From an uncultured Clostridia bacterium (lineage in GTDB: Bacteria; Bacillota; Clostridia; Christensenellales; UBA1242), in contig CALWPB010000002.1 in the NCBI GenBank assembly GCA_944383315.1, positions 17,144 to 81,143 on the forward strand: 64,000 bases of DNA. Reading direction: 5' to 3'. Position numbers and translations under genes: made by a program. This document shows positions 8,385 to 18,121 of this stretch, in pieces (position 1 is the first letter of the stretch; every line of letters starts with the position of its first letter). The notes beneath the pieces were generated by a model. It was not told where the DNA came from and did not search any database. It was given only the letters and a program-made list of their open reading frames with translations.

Positions 8385-8816
8385 TTAGAGATTAATTGTA
8401 GGGTAGTATTGACCGTCTGGAGTCTGAAATTCATAATTTTGCGAAATTTTCTGCTGTTCCATTTGACTGTTTTCTTGAATTTCAGCATTGTTTTGTGTAG
8501 CAGGGGAAACCTCTTCTTGACCTTGCTGCTGTTGTTCGGTTAAGTTTTGGTTCTGGGTTGTTCTTTCTGTCGTTGTTTGATTTGGTTCATTTGTTGCTGG
8601 TGGGTTAAATACATCCATCATCCAAATTTGTGCGCCAAATGACAGTGCAAGGGTTGCGAGAAAAGTAAAATATACAGCAATGCCTACTTTACGCTTTGTA
8701 CTGAGTAGAGGCTTTTTTGTCTCTTTTTCTTTTTTGCTAGTTTCAACATTCCCGCTTTTTTTTGAGGTTTTTGCTGTTGACTTTGTTTCTTTACTTGTGG
8801 TCTTTTTTGTTGCCAT
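8385..8816 (-). CDS. hypothetical single-pass membrane protein (Lys/Thr-rich N-tail, Gln/Asn/Thr-rich exterior)
   Basis: RBS aaggag upstream and one hydrophobic segment (VGIAVYFTFLATLALSFGAQIW). The gene has its own terminator. No family recognised. Confidence 0.6.
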   Translation of the reverse strand: MATKKTTSKETKSTAKTSKKSGNVETSKKEKETKKPLLSTKRKVGIAVYFTFLATLALSFGAQIWMMDVFNPPATNEPNQTTTERTTQNQNLTEQQQQGQEEVSPATQNNAEIQENSQMEQQKISQNYEFQTPDGQYYPTINL

Positions 8817-8943
8817 AATTTTTTACTCCTTGTTTTCTAAACCTAATTTGTGTATAATCGAACAATTTATACATAAATTTACAAAAATATTGGAGCAGAG
8901 CATTAACAAAAATCTATATTTTATTTTTAAACTAAAATTTAAT

Positions 8944-8986
8944 ATAAAAAAGTTGGGCATATCAAATAGATAAAACCCAACTTTTG
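8944..8986 (-). terminator. terminator after the MBL-fold hydrolase gene
   Basis: agttggg (8951-8957) pairs with cccaact (8976-8982); T-run on the minus strand. Confidence 0.65.
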
Positions 8987-8997
8987 TTAAGTTGCTA

Positions 8998-9792
8998 TTA
9001 TGATTTAATTCTATAAATATTACCGACACTATGCTGTTTTGCTATGTCTACATAAATTTCTTTTGCTAGTTCGCCACCGTTTCGCGCCACAACTTCATTG
9101 AGTGCTTGCATAACAAGTTCTGGGGTGTTGTTTTCTTCACTAAGATGCGCGGCAATTAGTCCACGTATTCCGTATCCTAGCATTTTTAAAACTGCTTCTG
9201 CGGTGTCCTTGTTGTTTAGGTGTCCACGTTTTGATAATATTCGCTTTTTTAAATAAATAGGATAGCGGGGGTTGAGATTAAGTCTTTGAATATCGTGGTT
9301 TGCTTCTAATATTACAAGACTACTGTCCGCAAGATTTTTGATAATCTCATCATTAATAAAACCTAGGTCTGTTGCTGTGCTTATCTTTTTGTTGCCGTCA
9401 TAAATACTAAATCCTAGACAATGCGCTGAGTCGTGCGATAGGTCAAAACTACTTATTGCTAATTCATTTATATAAAAATCATTGCCATATATTCCAATGC
9501 GGTGGGTAAGGTCGAGAGTGCCGACTTTTTCTTGCATATTTGCCCAAGTGTCTGGGTGCGCAAATACTCGGGTGTTGTGTTTTCTAGCAAAAGTGCCTAG
9601 TCCTTTGATATGGTCATTATGTTCGTGAGTAATAAGAATACTATCTATGCTGTCAGGCTCAACGCCTATTTGATTGAGCCTATTTTCAATTTCGGAGTTG
9701 GTAAGCCCCGCATCAATTAGTATTCTTGTATTTTCTCCTTCCACAAAGGTACAATTTCCTTTACTTCCACTTGCAAGTACACAAACACGCAT
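8998..9792 (-). CDS. MBL-fold metallo-hydrolase (YycJ/WalJ-like)
   Basis: HEHNDH (HxHxDH) motif; the N-terminus MRVCVLASGSKGNCTFVE is typical of this family. Confidence 0.9.
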   Translation of the reverse strand: MRVCVLASGSKGNCTFVEGENTRILIDAGLTNSEIENRLNQIGVEPDSIDSILITHEHNDHIKGLGTFARKHNTRVFAHPDTWANMQEKVGTLDLTHRIGIYGNDFYINELAISSFDLSHDSAHCLGFSIYDGNKKISTATDLGFINDEIIKNLADSSLVILEANHDIQRLNLNPRYPIYLKKRILSKRGHLNNKDTAEAVLKMLGYGIRGLIAAHLSEENNTPELVMQALNEVVARNGGELAKEIYVDIAKQHSVGNIYRIKS

Positions 9793-9802
9793 TTTTTATC
9801 CT

Positions 9803-10594
9803 CTATTTTCCGTACATTTTAAAAAGTATATAGTTTATAAATTTTTCGGGCAAAATTCGTTTTAAGAAACGTAATAATTTATATTGAGCCCCCACAGTAA
9901 ATGTAGCAGGTGGGTTCTTTTTCTCAATTACTTTGCATACAGCAGCCGCAATGTCCCACGGACTCATTCCGTTTTGCTCATCTTTTTCCATACGAGCAAC
10001 ACTGCGCTCGACACGTTCGCGGTACACAGTGTCCTGCTCCTCATTTGCTTTTACTCTGTTTTTAGTAAAATCTGTTTTGACATCACCAGGGAGAAGACAA
10101 GTAACACGCACTCCAAGTGGGCGGACTTCATTTTTTAGAGCAAGACTAAATCCTTTAACACCCGCTTTTGTCGCAGTGTAAAGTGCTTGAAAGGGAATAG
10201 GGTACTCGCTTGCTACCGAACTAATATTTACTATCATCCCTTTTGATTCGCGCAAATGCGGTAATGCCACAGCCGAACTGTTTACTACACCCAGTAAATT
10301 TACATTAATAATGCGTTCAATATCGTCTGCTGGTTCGTATTCAACAGGTCCACTGATTCCAACTCCCGCATTGTTGACAATACAATCAAGTCTGCCTTGT
10401 TCTTCTATAATTTGCGAAATTGAAAATTCAATAGTATCCCTATTTGACACGTCGCAATAAATAAAATTAATGCGCTCATCTGTGGGTTTGTTGCGCGCAA
10501 GACAATAAACAGTGTATTTCTTTTCAACAAGCATCTGCGCGATGGCAAGACCAATACCGCTTGATGCTCCCGTAATTGCGATAACTTTGTTCAT
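9803..10594 (-). CDS. SDR-family oxidoreductase
   Basis: TGASSGIG cofactor motif and YTATK (YxxxK) catalytic motif. Start moved to the MNKVIAITG ATG at 10594, which has a ggag RBS. Confidence 0.9.
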   Translation of the reverse strand: MNKVIAITGASSGIGLAIAQMLVEKKYTVYCLARNKPTDERINFIYCDVSNRDTIEFSISQIIEEQGRLDCIVNNAGVGISGPVEYEPADDIERIINVNLLGVVNSSAVALPHLRESKGMIVNISSVASEYPIPFQALYTATKAGVKGFSLALKNEVRPLGVRVTCLLPGDVKTDFTKNRVKANEEQDTVYRERVERSVARMEKDEQNGMSPWDIAAAVCKVIEKKNPPATFTVGAQYKLLRFLKRILPEKFINYILFKMYGK

Positions 10595-10757
10595 AACTTT
10601 CTCCAAACTTGTATTATAGCACAAAAACATAATTTTGCAAAGTTTAAACAAAAACTTTTAAAATTTACCAAAATTAGTGCTAAATGCCTTTTAATTGCTA
10701 TTCTGTGCATAATCAAACTTTTAAAACAAGATTTATAATTAAATTTAGGTGAAAGTT

Positions 10758-13034
10758 ATGAATAAAGTCTTTTTTTATGCAAGTTTAAAGTATTTTATCT
10801 TTTTTGTGCTGTTTTATGTTTTGCAGAATGCAAGTATTCAGGGGCTACATCCATTTGCTTTTGGAATGTTGTTTGCTCTTGTATGGTGTAATCAAAAAAT
10901 TTACATACTAGCGCCCTTGTATATTTTAGCGGGCTTTTTGACATTTTTTGATGTTACTCATCTAATAATAGACCTTATTTGTGCAGGTGTATTGCTGCTT
11001 GCTTGCCTTATGCATTACCGTTTCAAAAAACCCTTTAAGTCTGTAATTTTAGGTATGTATGCATTTTTGTCGCAGTTTGGTATGCTCTATTTTGCTTTTA
11101 CGACAACAGACGGAATTTGGGGCGGCATAGTAACTTTGCTTATAGGAATGACCGCAATGTACGCGTATATTCATATTTTACAAAATTTGATTTTGCGCGG
11201 TGTACGTAGGAAATTATTGATTGATGAAATATTATGCGCTGGAGTGCTTGTTTTTGCTGTCGGAGTTGGGCTGTATAGTGTCCCATTAGGTGAATACATA
11301 TATTTTGGAGTGCTTGCGTTGCTAGTGCTTATGAGCGCTTACGTTTTTTCTACTACATTTACGTTAGTTTTTGCGCTTATGCTAGGGCTAGGGGCTGCAT
11401 TTGCTGCCGAAGAACTGTTGCTCATCTCACACGCGATATTATTAGGACTAGTAGCAGTGGCTACAAAATGCTCTAAAAGGGTATATATGAGCATTGCGCT
11501 TATATTAGTTGATATTATTGTTGGTCTTTACTTTATGCCAGTATATACATTGTTTAATTTACTTGCAACAATGATAGGCGCATTGCTTTTCTTGCTTATT
11601 CCAACTAAATTTTATGATAAAATGATTTCGTTTACCATTGACGATAACGAAGATGTTGCTGTTCGCTCTATTGTAAACCGTAATCGCAAGGCATTGTGTG
11701 GTAGGTTATATAATTTAAGTGAAGCCTTTTTTGAAATGAAAAATGTCTTTATAAGTATGGTTCAACATCGCGGTAATTTTAACGACTCGTTAGACTATTT
11801 TGCACAGGATATAAAAAGGCAAATGTGCCTTAATTGTAGTAATAAAACAGAATGTTTACGTATTCAAGCAGAAGAAACGGACAGGGCAATCAAGGAAATG
11901 TTACAATTTGCTTACGATAGGGGGAAGGTGTCGTTATTAGACGTGCCAGCAAATTTGTGTGCTCATTGTATTAAGTTAAACGCACTTATAGCCGCAATAA
12001 ATACTATATCAGACGAATATAAACAAAAGTTACAAGTACAAAATAATCTTGATAGCGGCAGATTACTATTAGGGGAGCAAATGTATGGCATTTCACAAAT
12101 AATGCATTCTCTAGCAACAGAAGTTTCGCTAAATGTTTCCTTTGATTCGGGACTTGAAAATAAAATCATTGAAGGGCTGATGTATGAAGGGGTAGTGTGT
12201 AGTGAAGCCGTGGTTTATCGAAAAAATGAGAAACTTTATAGCGCTACACTTGTAGTTCAAAAGAAAAATATTGATAAAAGCAAAATTATAAAAGTACTCA
12301 CTCAAGTTTTCGGTATGCCAATGTCGATTACAAATATTACAGACGGTGAAAAAGCAGGTTTTAATATTGTTTCAATGTGTACGGCTAATAGGTTTGATAT
12401 TGTGTTCGGCAGTGCGGGGGCGGTCAAGGCGGATAGTAAAGTGAGTGGCGACACACATACTGTTATAAAATTAGATAACAACAAAATACTCCTTGCACTT
12501 TGTGATGGAATGGGAAGCGGGGAGCAGGCAGAACACACCAGTAGCCTAGCACTAGGGCTAATTGAAAATTTTTATAAGGCTGGTTTTGAAAATAGTTTGA
12601 TTCTTTCAAGTGTCAACAAATTACTTGAATTTGGCGGGGAAGAAAGTTTCAGCGCACTTGATGCAAGTGTGCTTGATTTAAATGACGGTACTTGTGATAT
12701 GATAAAACTCGGCTCGCCTGTTACTTATATTAAGTTAAAAGATGAAGTGAAGCGCCTTGATGCTGGGGCTTTGCCACTAGGGATATTAGATGATATTCGC
12801 CCAAATATTCGTTCATTTACCTTAAATGATGGTGATATGATAGTTTTGATGACAGACGGAATAACAGATAGTTTTACTAACATTGACGAATTAGATACTT
12901 TGATTAAAGAAAGTACAACTACAAATCCGCAAATTTTGGCAAATGAAATTTTGAATAAAGCGCTAGCAAATTATAAGAACTTACCAGCAGATGATATGAC
13001 CGTCTTAATAGGAAGAATTTATACAAAAATTTAG
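10758..13034 (+). CDS. spoIIE: stage II sporulation protein E (PP2C phosphatase with polytopic membrane domain)
   Basis: About 10 N-terminal TM segments and a C-terminal PP2C domain (SGDTHTV..LCDGMGSGEQAEHTS..MTDGITD). The ATG at 10758 follows RBS aggtga; the GTG at 10749 is part of that RBS. Confidence 0.9.
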   Translation: MNKVFFYASLKYFIFFVLFYVLQNASIQGLHPFAFGMLFALVWCNQKIYILAPLYILAGFLTFFDVTHLIIDLICAGVLLLACLMHYRFKKPFKSVILGMYAFLSQFGMLYFAFTTTDGIWGGIVTLLIGMTAMYAYIHILQNLILRGVRRKLLIDEILCAGVLVFAVGVGLYSVPLGEYIYFGVLALLVLMSAYVFSTTFTLVFALMLGLGAAFAAEELLLISHAILLGLVAVATKCSKRVYMSIALILVDIIVGLYFMPVYTLFNLLATMIGALLFLLIPTKFYDKMISFTIDDNEDVAVRSIVNRNRKALCGRLYNLSEAFFEMKNVFISMVQHRGNFNDSLDYFAQDIKRQMCLNCSNKTECLRIQAEETDRAIKEMLQFAYDRGKVSLLDVPANLCAHCIKLNALIAAINTISDEYKQKLQVQNNLDSGRLLLGEQMYGISQIMHSLATEVSLNVSFDSGLENKIIEGLMYEGVVCSEAVVYRKNEKLYSATLVVQKKNIDKSKIIKVLTQVFGMPMSITNITDGEKAGFNIVSMCTANRFDIVFGSAGAVKADSKVSGDTHTVIKLDNNKILLALCDGMGSGEQAEHTSSLALGLIENFYKAGFENSLILSSVNKLLEFGGEESFSALDASVLDLNDGTCDMIKLGSPVTYIKLKDEVKRLDAGALPLGILDDIRPNIRSFTLNDGDMIVLMTDGITDSFTNIDELDTLIKESTTTNPQILANEILNKALANYKNLPADDMTVLIGRIYTKI

Positions 13035-13092
13035 TCAAATTATCAATATTTTGCTTTGTTTTGATTTTACTTAAAAATTTAAAATTTATGTC

Positions 13093-13121
13093 TTGAATAA
13101 ACTCCGTTTTTATAGTATAAT
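13093..13121 (+). promoter_or_regulatory. sigma-A type promoter for tilS
   Basis: TTGAAT (13093-13098), 17-nt spacer, TATAAT (13116-13121). Confidence 0.6.
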
Positions 13122-13143
13122 TATAATATAAGGAGATATAAAA

Positions 13144-14490
13144 ATGGAGAAATTGATTGATTTTATCACAAAGGAAAATTTTTTCACTGCGGGCAGTGTT
13201 GTAGGTGTGGGTGTTAGTGGCGGCTCGGATAGTATGGCGCTGTTACACTTTTTAAATTCAAATAAGGATAGACTTGATATAGATGTTGTGGCTATAAATG
13301 TTATTCACGGCACTAGAGAAGCCGATGAAGCAGAAGCAATTTTTGTTGAAGACTATGCCCGCGAACATCATATTAGATTTTACAAATTTAGAGTAGAAGC
13401 AGCATTACTAGCAAAACAAAAAGGTATGGGTATGGAAGAAGCGTGCAGGGAAGCACGTTATGGAGTATTTGAAAGTTTGAGAAAGCGAGGTATTGTTGAC
13501 TATATTTGTCTTGCGCATCATCAACGCGACCAAGCAGAAACTATTCTTATGCATATTTTGCGCGGCAGTGGAATAAAAGGGGCTAGCGGAATGGACTTTG
13601 TTCGCGATGGTTTCTACGTCCGTCCACTATTAGACACACCAAAAGACGAAGTAATGCAATATGTGTATGAAAACGATATTCCATATCTTGAAGATGAGAC
13701 AAATCAGGACACAACTATTAGCAGAAATTTAATTCGCAATGTAGTTATGCCCGAATTGCGTAAAGTTTGGACAAATCTTGATAGAACCCTATGCAATTTT
13801 GGTAAAACTTGCAAGGAAGATGATGCTGTAATTCGCAGTATGATTAATTTTGATGCAGTGCTGTATAATGAAAACTTAATTAAAATCCCACTCACATATT
13901 TTGTTTATAGTAATTCATATATTTTTAGACTACTTGATGACTGTCTAAATAGACTAGGGGTTACACAAAATATAGAACGTAAGCATTTCTTAAAAATAGT
14001 AGACCTTGCGAAAACAGGAGAAAATGGCGCAAAGATAAATTTACCTGAAGATGTAGATGTGTTTAAAGAATATGAGTACATTACTATTGTACGTAAAAAG
14101 CCAAAGTTTGAAGCAAATACTGAATGGGCATTCAAAATTGGTACAATTCAGTTTGGTGATTATGGTAAATTGAGTGTAAAACGAGTAAAGGACCATTCTT
14201 TAAAGGTTGGATACTTGCTTATTGATATGGACAAAGTGCCGAAAGGCGCTGTTTGGCGTGTACGCAAGGACGGCGACTATATAGAAAAATTTGGCGGCGG
14301 AATTAGAAAACTTAAAAGTTACTTAAACGACAAAAAAGTCCCAGCGCGCATTCGAAACTATTTGCCTGTGTTGGCACTCAATAATGAGATATTAGCAGTT
14401 GCTGGAGTTGATATCAGTGAACAATTAAGAGTTACTGATGACACTAAACATTGCGGTTTAATTAAGTATGATATGCAAAATTGGGTATAA
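13144..14490 (+). CDS. tilS: tRNA(Ile)-lysidine synthetase
   Basis: PP-loop motif VGVSGGSDSMAL. Position after spoIIE matches Bacillus. Confidence 0.92.
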   Translation: MEKLIDFITKENFFTAGSVVGVGVSGGSDSMALLHFLNSNKDRLDIDVVAINVIHGTREADEAEAIFVEDYAREHHIRFYKFRVEAALLAKQKGMGMEEACREARYGVFESLRKRGIVDYICLAHHQRDQAETILMHILRGSGIKGASGMDFVRDGFYVRPLLDTPKDEVMQYVYENDIPYLEDETNQDTTISRNLIRNVVMPELRKVWTNLDRTLCNFGKTCKEDDAVIRSMINFDAVLYNENLIKIPLTYFVYSNSYIFRLLDDCLNRLGVTQNIERKHFLKIVDLAKTGENGAKINLPEDVDVFKEYEYITIVRKKPKFEANTEWAFKIGTIQFGDYGKLSVKRVKDHSLKVGYLLIDMDKVPKGAVWRVRKDGDYIEKFGGGIRKLKSYLNDKKVPARIRNYLPVLALNNEILAVAGVDISEQLRVTDDTKHCGLIKYDMQNWV

Positions 14491-14582
14491 AGTCCCAATT
14501 TTTTATTTATTTCTTTGACAAAGTGTTTTTTTAATGATAATATATACCTATAAAAAGTGGTAGCCTTTAAGGGAATTTTTTG

Positions 14583-16148
14583 ATGGACAAGGAAAAAGCG
14601 GGAAAGGAGTTGAATATTACTAGACAGCCTGTTTTGTATAAAAACAAGGCTTTTTTGCCTTGTAAAAAACAAGGGCTTTCTTTTACAGCAACAAACAAAA
14701 CTTCTCTAATAAATCAAGAACAACCTAAAATTGAAGTTTTAAATAAAGAAGAACAGGCTCTCAAAGAAGAAGCAAATTCATCAACTATTACCACAGAAAA
14801 CGCAATACCACATCTTATTAATGAAGCAGAAAAAGAAGTTGAAACAAAAGAAGCGATTGAATCAACTTATGAAACTGTAAAAAATCAACAAAGCAAGAAA
14901 AAACGCATACTAAACGTTGTTTTTTTGCTATTAAACCTTGCTATTCTTGCTGCAATATTTGCTTGGCAATTTACAAGTGAAGAAACTGTTTCGTTTGCCG
15001 ATTTGTTGACAAGTAAATTGAATTGGTGGTGGCTTATAATTGCAATCGCTGTATTTATGCTTATCAATTTTATTGATGCCTCTCGTGTTTATATTGCTAT
15101 CAAAAAGGTAACAGGCAGAAGCAGACCTTGGTTAAGTTATAAATCAGTAATTTGTTGTAGATTTTATGACTCCATTACACCACTTGCTACAGGTGGACAA
15201 CCTTTCCAAGTATTTTATCTCAATAAACGAGGCTTAAATGCAAGTAGTGCTACAAGTGTACCGCTTGCTAAATATATATACTCTCAAATAACTTTTGTAA
15301 TAATGTCTGCTATAATTTTAATTTGTAGCAGTGGTATAGTGTTTAGTGTAGAAATTTCTCCTGTAGTATTGACACTATGTTATATAGGCCTTGGGTTGAA
15401 TATGTTACTCGTGCTTGCAATTTTCTTTCTTTCAATTAGTAAGAAAGTTGCTCCACGTATGATGTTTGGCATTCTTAAAATGCTGAAATGGATGCATATT
15501 ATCAAAGATTCGCGTGCTTTATTTAAAAAGGTAATGCGTATCGTCAAAGAGTATGTGTCAACGTTTAGAATGTTTATGTCGAGTGGCTGGCTAGCATTCA
15601 GTGAGTTTCTTTTAAGTATTCTTTATAATATATTCTTATATTCGCTTGCTTTTATAGTTTATTGTATTTTCTGTCCTTTTGATATTAATCTTTGGTATAC
15701 GTTTTTTGTACTGCAACTTGTTTGCGATCTTGCTATCAGTTTTATTCCTTTACCGGGTGGGGCAGGTACTGCCGAATTATCTTTCCAGTCTGTATTTTAT
15801 TCGTTTTACGCGGCAGCAGGAGCAACAAACGTTCTTGCGTGGGCAGTGCTATTTTACAGAATACTTACGTATTATGGCTACTTGATTCAAGGCGGATTAT
15901 TACTGCTGTATGACTTTGCAATAGGTAATAAAAAAATAGAGCCAATGTTGCAACGGTTTAAGGATGAAGAACAGCGGGCAAAAGAAAGTAATCTTATTAA
16001 AATGTTAGAAAATAATGGGCAAGAAGTTAAAACTGACGAAACCAAATTTTTAGAAAATGTTCAAAGTCAAACAGAACAAGAAAAAATAGAGTCGAAGGAG
16101 GTGAATACAAATGGAGCAGGATTATCCGACAAACAACAATCGTCGTAG
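14583..16148 (+). CDS. membrane protein with LPG-synthase-TM / flippase-like (UPF0104) domain and a hydrophilic N-terminal extension
   Basis: About 8 TM segments. YDSITPLATGGQPFQVFYLNKRG resembles the UPF0104/MprF-TM family signature. The first ~110 aa are hydrophilic. Confidence 0.7.
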   Translation: MDKEKAGKELNITRQPVLYKNKAFLPCKKQGLSFTATNKTSLINQEQPKIEVLNKEEQALKEEANSSTITTENAIPHLINEAEKEVETKEAIESTYETVKNQQSKKKRILNVVFLLLNLAILAAIFAWQFTSEETVSFADLLTSKLNWWWLIIAIAVFMLINFIDASRVYIAIKKVTGRSRPWLSYKSVICCRFYDSITPLATGGQPFQVFYLNKRGLNASSATSVPLAKYIYSQITFVIMSAIILICSSGIVFSVEISPVVLTLCYIGLGLNMLLVLAIFFLSISKKVAPRMMFGILKMLKWMHIIKDSRALFKKVMRIVKEYVSTFRMFMSSGWLAFSEFLLSILYNIFLYSLAFIVYCIFCPFDINLWYTFFVLQLVCDLAISFIPLPGGAGTAELSFQSVFYSFYAAAGATNVLAWAVLFYRILTYYGYLIQGGLLLLYDFAIGNKKIEPMLQRFKDEEQRAKESNLIKMLENNGQEVKTDETKFLENVQSQTEQEKIESKEVNTNGAGLSDKQQSS

Positions 16149-17640
16149 TGGACACAAGTGGTATGTATGGCTTTTTGTAGCCTTACTGTTTGCCTTGTTG
16201 CTTTGGAGTATGGCGGGCGATGTAATTCGTAATTTATTTATGAGTTTGCTTGCTGGTATTACTCCGATTTTAATCGCACTCGTACTGGCATTTATCCTTT
16301 TAAGACCGATTGCATTTATTGAAAATAAGTTATTAAAAAATGCTTTTGTTGGTAACCCTCGTGCGTTAAAGTATAAACGTGCAATTTCGCTTTCTATACT
16401 TTATGTTATAATTATTGCTGTTTTTGTATTGCTTATTGTATTTGCTGTACCAAGTCTTGTTGGTGTTTTTGAGCAATTTCAGGGCGACAATCTTACAGTG
16501 CTTGTAAATAAGGTGAAAGATTCGCTAACAAGCCTTATCGGCGGACTTACAGGCTTGCCTGCGGAACAATTAGATGAAGCAATTACAAATGCAATAAATA
16601 ATATTGGTGATGGTATCCAAAATGCCATTAGCGATGTAGTAAACAATATCACCACTTATCTTATGGACACTGTATCTATAGTATTCTCATTTGTTATGGG
16701 ACTCTTAGTGTCGTTCTTGATGCTCAAAGATAAAGAACTTATTTCAAAAACTTCACGTCGTATGACTTATGCATACAACAATCGTAAGTCTGCTGAAGAG
16801 ATATTGACAGTTACTCATCGTACAAATGATATGCTTAATCAGTATATTATTTCCAACCTTATTGTAATGTTTATTGTCTTTGTTATTGCGTGGATAGGTT
16901 TCCAGATTATGGGAGTGCCTATGGCAATAGTAATGGCACTACTTTTGGGTATATTTACCATTATTCCTTATTTGGGTGGCTTTATTGCGTGTATCCCGCT
17001 TGCAATCGTAACTCTTATGTTTGGTGATACAAATATGATGCTTATGTCGATAATCTTTGCAATTCTCGACTGGGCGATTGTAACCACATTTGTACCAGCA
17101 TTTATAATGAGTAAACGTATGAATACGCGTGCTCTTGTAATAGTAATGGGCTTGATTATAGGTGGAGCATTATTTGGTGTTGTTGGGATGATTCTATCTG
17201 CTCCGATTGTGTCTGTAATTATGATTGTTGCGCAAGAAAGATTAAAGGTAAGGGAAGCACGTCGAGAACACGAAGAAATGGTCGAAGCAGGTATTATAGA
17301 TGATAATTTATTTGATGTTTCCGAAATGCTTGATATGACGCAGGATACAGCATATAATGTGCCTGTTGAAAAAATTGAAGATGATTTTAGACGTTTGCAG
17401 TCATTGAAGAAAGAAACAAGAAAAGATAAGGAAGAAAAAGAGCGGGCAGATGTCGAACTCTCGACAAAGTCTAGTAAGAAACAGAAATTAAACAAACGCG
17501 AACTTACCAAGTCATTAAATAAGGAAGAAGAAATAAAAGCAGAAAAAGAACTTTCTGAAAAACCTAGAAAAGTGTTTACATCTAAAATAAAGACGGAAAA
17601 AAATCTAGCAGATGATGAAGATTTAAGCGATGATTTGTAA
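16111..17640 (+). CDS. AI-2E family (PerM/UPF0118) transporter with a Lys/Glu-rich C-terminal tail
   Basis: Polytopic protein with the typical ..IIPYLGGFIACIPLAI.. segment. Strong RBS aggaggtg. Overlaps the upstream gene by 38 nt. Confidence 0.85.
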   Translation: MEQDYPTNNNRRSGHKWYVWLFVALLFALLLWSMAGDVIRNLFMSLLAGITPILIALVLAFILLRPIAFIENKLLKNAFVGNPRALKYKRAISLSILYVIIIAVFVLLIVFAVPSLVGVFEQFQGDNLTVLVNKVKDSLTSLIGGLTGLPAEQLDEAITNAINNIGDGIQNAISDVVNNITTYLMDTVSIVFSFVMGLLVSFLMLKDKELISKTSRRMTYAYNNRKSAEEILTVTHRTNDMLNQYIISNLIVMFIVFVIAWIGFQIMGVPMAIVMALLLGIFTIIPYLGGFIACIPLAIVTLMFGDTNMMLMSIIFAILDWAIVTTFVPAFIMSKRMNTRALVIVMGLIIGGALFGVVGMILSAPIVSVIMIVAQERLKVREARREHEEMVEAGIIDDNLFDVSEMLDMTQDTAYNVPVEKIEDDFRRLQSLKKETRKDKEEKERADVELSTKSSKKQKLNKRELTKSLNKEEEIKAEKELSEKPRKVFTSKIKTEKNLADDEDLSDDL

Positions 17641-17763
17641 TTTAATTAATTGTTAAGAAATAAAGTGTTTTAGCATCAAATTCTGCGCAAAGTTGTATGC
17701 ATACTATATTGCATAGTACTAAAATAGGTAAGTTAATTAAAAAAGTGTAACTTGATAAACCTT

Positions 17764-17794
17764 AAAAACAGTTGTATTTTAGCAACTGTTTTTT
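17764..17794. terminator. bidirectional terminator
   Basis: acagttg (17768-17774) pairs with caactgt (17783-17789), flanked by A5 and T5. Confidence 0.85.
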
Positions 17795-17795
17795 G

Positions 17796-18020
17796 TTAAA
17801 ATAATGTTTGAGTAATCGTGCCTACGTCAGAAATGATGCGATTTCTACAATTAAAGAAGTTGTCATTCAAATTGTCATTAATTGTAGTAACTCCTGCAAG
17901 TGCAATAAGAGCAATTAAGAGAATTATAAGTATATTTGAATTTGTCGCAAGGTCGGTGTTAGTCGAGCCCGCCCAAACTGAAATTAACAGCACAATTACG
18001 AGTGCTTGAGAAACGGTCAT
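17796..18020 (-). CDS. hypothetical small membrane protein (74 aa)
   Basis: Two hydrophobic segments, a ggggg RBS-like element upstream, and a terminator immediately downstream. No family recognised. Confidence 0.4.
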   Translation of the reverse strand: MTVSQALVIVLLISVWAGSTNTDLATNSNILIILLIALIALAGVTTINDNLNDNFFNCRNRIISDVGTITQTLF

Positions 18021-18086
18021 AATAGCCCCCGTACTTTTTAAATTTTATATGCGTATAATAAAAAAATTGTTAATTTGATTTTGTGA

Positions 18087-18115
18087 TTGAAAAAAATCAA
18101 AAGTTAATGTATAAT
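18087..18115 (+). promoter_or_regulatory. sigma-A type promoter directly abutting the uvrC ATG
   Basis: TTGAAA (18087-18092), 17-nt spacer, TATAAT (18110-18115). The ATG begins 7 nt after the -10. Confidence 0.55.
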
Positions 18116-18121
18116 ATAACT

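Noticed and set aside
16968-17510. Long antisense ORFs embedded in conserved genes: 180 aa inside the AI-2E transporter gene, and also 2690..3097, 23302..23718, 24253..24735, 36785..37171, 49448..49876, 54426..54809 and 62324..62713.
   Set aside because: All lie fully antisense to well-supported genes, lack RBSs, and have Ser/Ile/Phe/Leu-rich compositions typical of the complementary frame of real genes.
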